Made by a program: the position numbers and the translations under genes
The notes under the pieces: model-generated
What the model was told of the DNA's origin: nothing
What the model saw: only the letters and a program-made list of their open reading frames with translations
Databases searched by the model: none
In this document: positions 57,890 to 64,000 of the stretch, in pieces
Layout of the letters: every line of letters starts with the position of its first letter
How positions within the stretch are numbered: the first letter of the stretch is position 1
Assembly (NCBI GenBank): GCA_036402955.1
Contig: DASWRX010000022.1
Location: forward strand, 1,442-65,441
DNA from: Thermoanaerobaculia bacterium
GTDB lineage: Bacteria; Acidobacteriota; Thermoanaerobaculia; Multivoradales; UBA5704
Direction of reading: 5' to 3'
Length of the DNA: 64,000 nucleotides

Positions 57890-59992
57890 ATGTCGAAGTG
57901 GAGTTTCGCGGCGGTCGCCGCGTTGGCGGGACTGCTGCTCGCCGCGGCGCCGGCCGCGAAGAGCGCGGCGCGGCCTTCCGCCTCAGGTTCCCGGGACATC
58001 GTCCTCATCACCATCGACACCCTGCGGGCGGACGCTACGGGGTTCGCGGGCAACCCGCGGTCGCGGACCCCGATGCTCGACCGCCTGGCCGCTCAGGGGA
58101 GAGTGTTCGCCAACGCCCATGCCCACAACGTGGTGACCCTGCCCTCGCACACCAACATCCTCACCGGCCTCTACCCCTTCCAGCACGGCGTGCGCGACAA
58201 CAGCGGCTTCCGGCTGCCGGCCAACGTGCCGACGCTCGCCACGGTGCTGCACGGCGTGGGCTACGCGACCGGCGCCTTCGTGGGGGCCTTCCCGCTCGAC
58301 TCGCAGTTCGGGCTCGACCACGGGTTCGACGTCTACGACGACCGCTATCCCAAGGGCGGCAACGAGACCGAGTTCGTGCTCGCCGAGCGCCGCGGGGACG
58401 AGGTGGTACGCCCGGCGCTCGCCTGGTGGCGGGCGCACCAGGGGAAGCCCCGGTTCCTATGGGTCCACCTCTACGATCCGCACGCCCCGTACGAGCCGCC
58501 CGAGCCGTTCGCCTCGCGGTTCAAGGACAACCCTTATCTCGGCGAGGTGGCCGCCGCCGACTCTTTCCTCGCGCCGCTGCTCGGACCCTTCCTCGACGGC
58601 AGGGAGAAGCCCGCGCTGGTCGTCGTCACCGGCGATCACGGCGAGTCGCTCGGCGAGCACGGCGAGCCCACGCACGGCCTGTTCGCCTACGAGGCCACGC
58701 TCAAGGTGCCGCTGGTGGTGTGGGGCCGCGGCGTCGCGCCGGGGCGGGACGGGCGCCCGGCGCGGCACGTGGACATCTTCCCGACGGTGCTCCAGGCCGC
58801 CGGGGTCGACGCGCCGGCTCCACCCGGCCTGCGCCGGCCCGGCCGGTCGCTCCTGGCGCCTCCCGCGCCGCCCGGTGACGCGGCGGGCGACTCCTACTTC
58901 GAGGCCCTCTCGACCACGCTCAACCGCGGCTGGGCGCCCCTGCGCGGGCTGCTGCGCGGCGGCACCAAGTTCATCGCGCTGCCGCTGCCCGAGGTCTACG
59001 ACCTGCCGAAGGACCCGCACGAGAAGGACAACCGCTTCGATGCCGAGCGCCAGGCGGCGCGGGGCGTCTTCGCCGCGCTGCCGAAGGAGTCGGCTTGGCC
59101 GCCGCGGCGGGAGAGCCTCACCCCCGAGGACGAGGCGCGGATGCGCAGCCTCGGCTACATTTCGGGCGCGGCCGCCGCGCGCGAGAGCTACGGGCCGGAG
59201 GACGATCCCAAGCGGCTGATCGCGCTGGATCAGAAGGTCCACGACGTGATCGATTTCTACATGCGGGGCAAGCTGGACGACTCGATCCGCCTGGCGCGCG
59301 AGCTGGTGCGGGAGCGTCCCACGATGTCGCTCGGCCACGGGCTGCTCTCCCAGGCGCTGCTCCAGGCGGGGCGGACGCAGGAGGCGCTCGACGTCATGCT
59401 GAAGGCCCGCGCTCAGGGGGCGGTCTCGGACGCGCTGCTGCGCCAGCTCGGCCTCACCCTCTCCGAGGTGGGACGGGCGGCGGAGGCGGTCACCATCCTC
59501 AAGCCGCTGGCCGAGACCCTGGGCGATCCGCAGTCGCTCAACGCCCATGGCCTCGCCCTCTCCGAGGCCGGCCGGCAGAAGGAGGCCGCGGAGGTCCTGC
59601 AACGGGTGATCAGGAGCCATCCGGACGATCCCAAGGCCTACGAGCAGCTCGGACTGGTCGAGCTGCGCCGCGGCCACTGGACGCAGGCGCGGGACCTCTC
59701 CCGCCAGGCCCTGGGGATCAACCCCCGGCTGCCGCGCGCCTGGAACAACCTCGGCGTGGCCCTTTTCCAGCTCGGACGCAAGGACGAGGCGTTGGACGCC
59801 TGGCAGAAGGCGGTCGATCTCCAGTCCGATCTCTGGGACGCCCTCTGGAACCTCGGCACCGAGGCCGCCGGGCGGGGCCGCACCGAGCAGGCGCGCAAAG
59901 CCCTGGAGCGCTTCGCCGCCGGAGCCCCACCGGAGCGCTACGGGCCGGACATCGAGAAGGCGCGGGCGTTTCTGCGGCAGGTGAAGCCATGA
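57890..59992 (+). CDS. Alkaline-phosphatase-superfamily (sulfatase/NPP-like) hydrolase fused to C-terminal TPR repeats, secreted
   Basis: 700 aa. Signal peptide MSKWSFAAVAALAGLLLAAAPAAKS. Metal-site motif VLITIDTLRAD. Nucleophile region VTLPSHTNILTGLYPFQHGVRDN. GDHGESLGEHGE. TPR-like repeats in the last ~250 aa. Confidence 0.85.
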   Translation: MSKWSFAAVAALAGLLLAAAPAAKSAARPSASGSRDIVLITIDTLRADATGFAGNPRSRTPMLDRLAAQGRVFANAHAHNVVTLPSHTNILTGLYPFQHGVRDNSGFRLPANVPTLATVLHGVGYATGAFVGAFPLDSQFGLDHGFDVYDDRYPKGGNETEFVLAERRGDEVVRPALAWWRAHQGKPRFLWVHLYDPHAPYEPPEPFASRFKDNPYLGEVAAADSFLAPLLGPFLDGREKPALVVVTGDHGESLGEHGEPTHGLFAYEATLKVPLVVWGRGVAPGRDGRPARHVDIFPTVLQAAGVDAPAPPGLRRPGRSLLAPPAPPGDAAGDSYFEALSTTLNRGWAPLRGLLRGGTKFIALPLPEVYDLPKDPHEKDNRFDAERQAARGVFAALPKESAWPPRRESLTPEDEARMRSLGYISGAAAARESYGPEDDPKRLIALDQKVHDVIDFYMRGKLDDSIRLARELVRERPTMSLGHGLLSQALLQAGRTQEALDVMLKARAQGAVSDALLRQLGLTLSEVGRAAEAVTILKPLAETLGDPQSLNAHGLALSEAGRQKEAAEVLQRVIRSHPDDPKAYEQLGLVELRRGHWTQARDLSRQALGINPRLPRAWNNLGVALFQLGRKDEALDAWQKAVDLQSDLWDALWNLGTEAAGRGRTEQARKALERFAAGAPPERYGPDIEKARAFLRQVKP

Positions 59993-62169
59993 AGAATCCC
60001 TGGATCCTTCTGGCCCCGTCGCTGCTGCTCCTTGCCGCCTGCTCCCACGGCAACGGCGATGGCGGCGCCGACATCCCCAAGGGCACGCCGGTCATCCTGA
60101 TCTCCATTGACACGCTGCGGGCGGACCACCTGCCGGCCTACGGCTACAAGGGGGTGGAGACGCCGGCGCTCGACGCGCTGCGGCGGGACGGCGTCCTCTA
60201 CGAGCGCGCCTTCTCGACGACGCCGCTCACCTTTCCGTCGCACACCACATTGCTGACCGGCGTGCTGCCGGCGGTGCACGGCGTGCGCGACAACGTCGGC
60301 TACAAGCTCGACGCGGCCAAGGTGCAGCGCGGCGAGATGCCCTTCCTGCCCGCGATCCTGAAGAGGGCGGGCTATGCCACCGGCGGCGCCGTCTCGGCCT
60401 ACGTGCTCCAGGGGAAGACAGGGCTCTCCACCGGCTTCGACTTCTACGAGGACGGCATCGAGTTCCGCTCCGGCACCGGCCTCGGCGGCCTGCAACGGCC
60501 GGGGAGCGAGACGCTCCGGCTCTCCCAGGGCTGGCTGCGCTCGGTCAAGGACAAGCCGTTCTTCTTCTTCTTTCACATCTACGAGCCGCACGCTCCCTAC
60601 ACGCCGCCCGAGCCCTACGCCTCGCGTTATGCGAGCAAGTACGACGGCGAGATCGCCACCGCCGATCACATCGTGGGCGACCTGATCGGCGAGCTGAAAT
60701 CGCTGGGCGTCTACGACCGCGCGATCGTCGTCCTGCTCTCCGATCACGGCGAGGGGCTGGGCGACCATGGCGAGGAGGAGCACGGCGTGCTCCTCTACAA
60801 CGAGGCGATCCACGTGCCGCTGATCCTCAAGCTGCCGCGCGCCCGGCAGGCCGGCGGCGTCACGGCGCGCCCCGTCCAGTTGCTCGACGTGGCCCCCACG
60901 GTGCTGGGCCTGCTGGGCCTCGAGGTGCCGAAGCCGATGCCCGGCGTCTCGCTGCTGGCGGCGAACGTGGCGCCGCGGCGGATCTACTCCGAAACCTTTT
61001 ATCCCCGCCTCCACTTCGGCTGGAGCGAGCTGTTCTCGCTGAGCGACGAGAAAAACCATTACATCGAGGGTCCGGACCCCGAGCTCTACGACCGCGAGAA
61101 GGACCCGGGGGAGAAGACGAACGTGCTGCGCGCCGAGCGGCGGGTCTACGCCTCGATGCGCAAGGACCTCGAGGGGTACGACCGGCGTCTCGCGCCGCCC
61201 GCGGCGGTGGACGAGGAGACGCGGCAGGCCATGCAGGCGCTCGGCTACATCGGCTCCGGCGCCGGAGCGACCCAGGGGCCGTTGCCCGATCCCAAGAGCA
61301 AGATCGGCTCGCTGGCCGACCTGCGGGCGGGGTTCCGGCTGATCGCGGCCAAGTCCTATCCGGAGGCGGTGGTCGCCTTCCGCAAAGTGATCGCCGAGAA
61401 CCCGAAGATGGTGGACGCCTGGGAGTATCTCGCCCGCGCCCTCCAGCGCAGCGGCCGGACCGACGAGGCGCTCGCCGCCTACCAGGAGGCGCTCAAGGTA
61501 TCGAACGGCTCGCCGCAGATCGCCGTGGCGGCGGCCTCGCTCTACTACGACCTCGGCCGGCTCGACGACGCGGCGGCGCACGCGAAGATGGCACTCGGCA
61601 CCCATCCCGCCTTCGCGCACGGCCTGCTGGCGCAGATCGCCCTGCAGCGCGACGATCTCGCCAGGGCGGAGCGCGAGGCGCGGGCGGCGATGGAGGACAA
61701 GAGCCTGCGCATCGGCCCGATGGTCACGCTCGCCGAGGTGCTCCACGCCCGCAAGGACGATGCGGGAGCGCTGGAGCTCACCCGCAAGGCGGCCGAGATC
61801 TACGACCGGCGCCAGGCCAAGGACCCGGAGCTGATCCGCGGCCTCGCCCTGATCCGTGGCAAGCTCCTGGCCGACCAGGGGGACGCGCAGGGGGCGGAGG
61901 CCGCTTTCAAGTCCGAGATCCAGATGTTCCCGGACGGCATCCGCGCCTACTCCAGCCTGGCGATCCTCTACGCCTTGGCGGGCCGCCCCGCCGCGGTGGC
62001 GCCCACCCTGCGGCAGATGGTCGACAGGAACCCCTCCCCGCTGGCCTATGCCGAGGCGGTGAAGACGCTGCGCATCCTGAACGATCCCGGCTCCGCCGCG
62101 AAGCTCCTGAGCTACGCGCAGTCGCGCTTTCCCGGCGATCCGGGGCTGCGGAAGCTGGCGAGCGGGTAG
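59989..62169 (+). CDS. Alkaline-phosphatase-superfamily hydrolase + TPR paralog, lipoprotein
   Basis: Real part of track ORF 59095..62169. The ATG at 59989 overlaps the upstream TGA (ATGA). Lipobox in MKNPWILLAPSLLLLAAC. ILISIDTLRADHL; LTFPSHTTLLTGVLPAVHGVRDN; SDHGEGLGDHGEEEHG. C-terminal TPR repeats. Confidence 0.85.
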   Translation: MKNPWILLAPSLLLLAACSHGNGDGGADIPKGTPVILISIDTLRADHLPAYGYKGVETPALDALRRDGVLYERAFSTTPLTFPSHTTLLTGVLPAVHGVRDNVGYKLDAAKVQRGEMPFLPAILKRAGYATGGAVSAYVLQGKTGLSTGFDFYEDGIEFRSGTGLGGLQRPGSETLRLSQGWLRSVKDKPFFFFFHIYEPHAPYTPPEPYASRYASKYDGEIATADHIVGDLIGELKSLGVYDRAIVVLLSDHGEGLGDHGEEEHGVLLYNEAIHVPLILKLPRARQAGGVTARPVQLLDVAPTVLGLLGLEVPKPMPGVSLLAANVAPRRIYSETFYPRLHFGWSELFSLSDEKNHYIEGPDPELYDREKDPGEKTNVLRAERRVYASMRKDLEGYDRRLAPPAAVDEETRQAMQALGYIGSGAGATQGPLPDPKSKIGSLADLRAGFRLIAAKSYPEAVVAFRKVIAENPKMVDAWEYLARALQRSGRTDEALAAYQEALKVSNGSPQIAVAAASLYYDLGRLDDAAAHAKMALGTHPAFAHGLLAQIALQRDDLARAEREARAAMEDKSLRIGPMVTLAEVLHARKDDAGALELTRKAAEIYDRRQAKDPELIRGLALIRGKLLADQGDAQGAEAAFKSEIQMFPDGIRAYSSLAILYALAGRPAAVAPTLRQMVDRNPSPLAYAEAVKTLRILNDPGSAAKLLSYAQSRFPGDPGLRKLASG

Positions 62170-62202
62170 GGCCTGAAACATCCCCGCCCTCTCAGCGTAG
62201 GA

Positions 62203-62228
62203 GAGCGAGGCACGCCGTGCCGCCGCTC
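62203..62228 (+). terminator. Two-tier GC hairpin after the second hydrolase gene (weak terminator candidate)
   Basis: Outer stem GAGCG (62203-07) / CGCTC (62224-28). Inner stem GGCAC (62209-13) / GTGCC (62217-21). No U-tract. Confidence 0.2.
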
Positions 62229-62248
62229 GCCGCCAGAAAGGGACCGCC

Positions 62249-64000
62249 ATGGAAGCCCTGACGCAGGACCTGCGCTTCTCCGTCCGGACGCTGCTCAAGA
62301 GCCCGGGCTTCGCCGCCATCGCCGTGCTCTGCGTGGCGATCGGCATCGGCGCCAATACGGCGATCTTCAGCGTCGTCAACGCCATCCTGCTGCGCCCGTT
62401 CCCCTACGCGGACCCCGACAGCATCGTGGCCGTGCACGAGACCCAACCGGCGAACGATGCCAACCACGAGGCGCTCTCCAACCTCGACTACCGGGACCTG
62501 CGCGAGCAGGCGACCTCGTTCTCGTCGACCGCCGCCTATACCCAGCGGAGCCTCACCTTCTCGGGGGCGGGCGATCCCGAGCGGGTCGACGGCGTCTCGA
62601 TCTCCTGGAACCTGTTTCCCTTCCTCGGTGTCAAGCCCGAGCTCGGCCGCACCTTCCACGAGGACGAGGACCGTCCGGGCGCGCCCGGCGCCGTGCTGCT
62701 CAGCCATGAGCTCTGGATGCGCCGCTTCAACGGCGATCCGGGCGTCGTCGGCAAGACCATCCTGGTCAACGCGGCGGCCCACACGGTGGTGGGCGTGATG
62801 CCGCCGCGTTTCGAGTTCCCCGGCAACCAGCTCGCCTGGGTGCCTTTGCAGCCCTTCGTCCAGGACGGGCTGCGCTCCACCCGTAACCTGGCGGTCCTCG
62901 CCCGGCTCAAGCCGGGGGTGGGCCTCGAGCCGGCGCGGGCCGAGGTGAAGGCGGTCGTCCAGCGCATCGCGGCGCAGTCCCCGCAGACCCACGCGGGCTG
63001 GAGCGGCGACATCCGCTCCCTGCGCGAGGATCTCACCGGCCGCGACATGCGCCTGATGGTCCTCACCATGCTGGGCGCCGTGATCTGCGTCCTGATCATC
63101 GCCTGCTCGAACGTGGCCAACCTCCTGCTCGCGCGGGCCACCGTGCGGCAGCGGGAGATGGCGGTGCGGGCGGCCTTCGGCGCCGGACGCGCGCGCCTCG
63201 TCCGGCAGCTCCTGACCGAGAGCGTGGTGATCAGCCTGGTGGGCGGCGCGCTGGGCGTCGTCCTCGCCTATTGGGGCATCCGCTGGATCGAGATCTCCAT
63301 CCCGGCGGACAATCCGACCCCCTACTGGATGCAGTTCAGGATCGACGGTCCGGTGCTCCTCTACACCCTGGGCATCGCGCTCGCGACCGGTCTCCTGTTC
63401 GGGCTCGCCCCCGCGCTCCAGGCGCTCAAGGCCGACCTTCACGAGACCCTGAAGGAGGGCGGGCGCGGCGCCGGCGGGAGCCTCCGGCGCAACCGCCTGC
63501 GGAGCGTCCTCGTGATGGGGCAGGTCGCGCTCTCGCTCGCGCTGCTGGTCAGCGCCGCGCTGTTCATCCGCAGCTTCATCAAGCTCCAGGACGAGCAGGG
63601 CGGTCTCAACACCGCCCACCTGATGACGATGCGGATCTACATGCCGGCCGGTCGCTACGAGAAGGACGAGGAGATGAGCGGCCGGGTGCAGGACGTGGTG
63701 CGGCGGCTGGAGGCCGTGCCCGGAGTGGAAGCGGTCTCGGCGTCGAACAACGTCCCCCTGGGCGACGGCGGCGACGGCGGCCGCGTCGGCGTCGAGGGGC
63801 GGGAGTACCCGCGCGGCGGCGAGCCCAACGTCTTCTGGGCGGGGGTGACGCCGCACTACCTGCGGACGCTCGGCGTCGAGCCGGTCAGCGGCCGGCGCTT
63901 CACCGACGCGGAAGGCTCCTCGCTCTCGCACGTCGCGCTGGTCAACCGGCTGCTCGCGAGCAAGCTCTGGCCGGGCCAGGATCCGGTCGGCCGGCGCTTC
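62249..64000 (+). CDS. ADOP-family duplicated FtsX/MacB-type permease, 3'-truncated by window end
   Basis: Not in the track because no stop lies in the window. ATG at 62249 after AAAGGGA. My translation MEALTQDLRFSVRTLLKSPGFAAIAVLCVAIGIGANTAIFSVVNAILLRPFPYADPDSIVAV... parallels the N-terminus of the 30766..33186 permease. The frame is open to nt 64000 (...LVNRLLASKLWPGQDPVGRRF). Confidence 0.85.
   Translation, partial: MEALTQDLRFSVRTLLKSPGFAAIAVLCVAIGIGANTAIFSVVNAILLRPFPYADPDSIVAVHETQPANDANHEALSNLDYRDLREQATSFSSTAAYTQRSLTFSGAGDPERVDGVSISWNLFPFLGVKPELGRTFHEDEDRPGAPGAVLLSHELWMRRFNGDPGVVGKTILVNAAAHTVVGVMPPRFEFPGNQLAWVPLQPFVQDGLRSTRNLAVLARLKPGVGLEPARAEVKAVVQRIAAQSPQTHAGWSGDIRSLREDLTGRDMRLMVLTMLGAVICVLIIACSNVANLLLARATVRQREMAVRAAFGAGRARLVRQLLTESVVISLVGGALGVVLAYWGIRWIEISIPADNPTPYWMQFRIDGPVLLYTLGIALATGLLFGLAPALQALKADLHETLKEGGRGAGGSLRRNRLRSVLVMGQVALSLALLVSAALFIRSFIKLQDEQGGLNTAHLMTMRIYMPAGRYEKDEEMSGRVQDVVRRLEAVPGVEAVSASNNVPLGDGGDGGRVGVEGREYPRGGEPNVFWAGVTPHYLRTLGVEPVSGRRFTDAEGSSLSHVALVNRLLASKLWPGQDPVGRRF

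Noticed and set aside
59095-59988. 298-residue N-terminal extension of track ORF 59095..62169
   Set aside because: It is off-frame over the TPR region of the upstream hydrolase gene. A lipoprotein signal (MKNPWILLAPSLLLLAAC) starts at 59989 with an ATGA overlap.

Overview
High-GC bacterial chromosomal segment, probably Acidobacteriota, judged from two ADOP-type duplicated FtsX permeases and three VWFA-related paralogs of the kind typical of that phylum. No rRNA, tRNA, CRISPR array or transposase was recognised.

(1) nt 1-34.8k, minus strand: one tightly packed operon running off the low-coordinate edge of the window. Gene order is B12-binding radical SAM enzyme, ADOP permease, PKS (KS-AT-MT-ACP), PKS (KS-AT-CP-luciferase-like monooxygenase), four-module NRPS (A-T-C-A-T-C-A-T-C-A-T), a second RiPP-maturase-type radical SAM enzyme, NRPS (C-A-T), then NRPS (C-A-T-C-A...). 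Junctions are 4-nt overlaps or gaps of 18-124 nt. An AT-rich divergent promoter region lies at about 34.83-35.02k.

(2) 35-41k: a lipoprotein, mprF, corA, and an ECF sigma / anti-sigma / S8 peptidase operon.

(3) 42.3-49.1k, plus strand, divergent from the sigma gene across a mirror-symmetric intergenic element: a cupredoxin-Calx-beta-FN3 secreted protein, a CX4CH lipoprotein, an outer-membrane-barrel-like protein, a 9-Cys lipoprotein, an EEP-family enzyme and two tandem PLD/cardiolipin-synthase-like paralogs.

(4) 49.17-49.74k: an AhpD/CMD-fold gene interrupted by an in-frame TGA exactly at the second Cys of its CxxCxxxH motif, followed by a SECIS-like hairpin. This is a candidate selenoprotein.

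(5) 49.9-54.9k: three tandem secreted VWA-related paralogs with a degenerate MIDAS motif. The first two are near-identical at their ends.

(6) 54.9-64k: two Zn-dependent MDR dehydrogenases, a tandem-PilZ protein, two alkaline-phosphatase-superfamily + TPR paralogs with a Thr-type nucleophile motif, and a second ADOP permease cut by the window end.

Many long ORFs in the supplied track are antisense or off-frame artefacts of the high GC content and were rejected.
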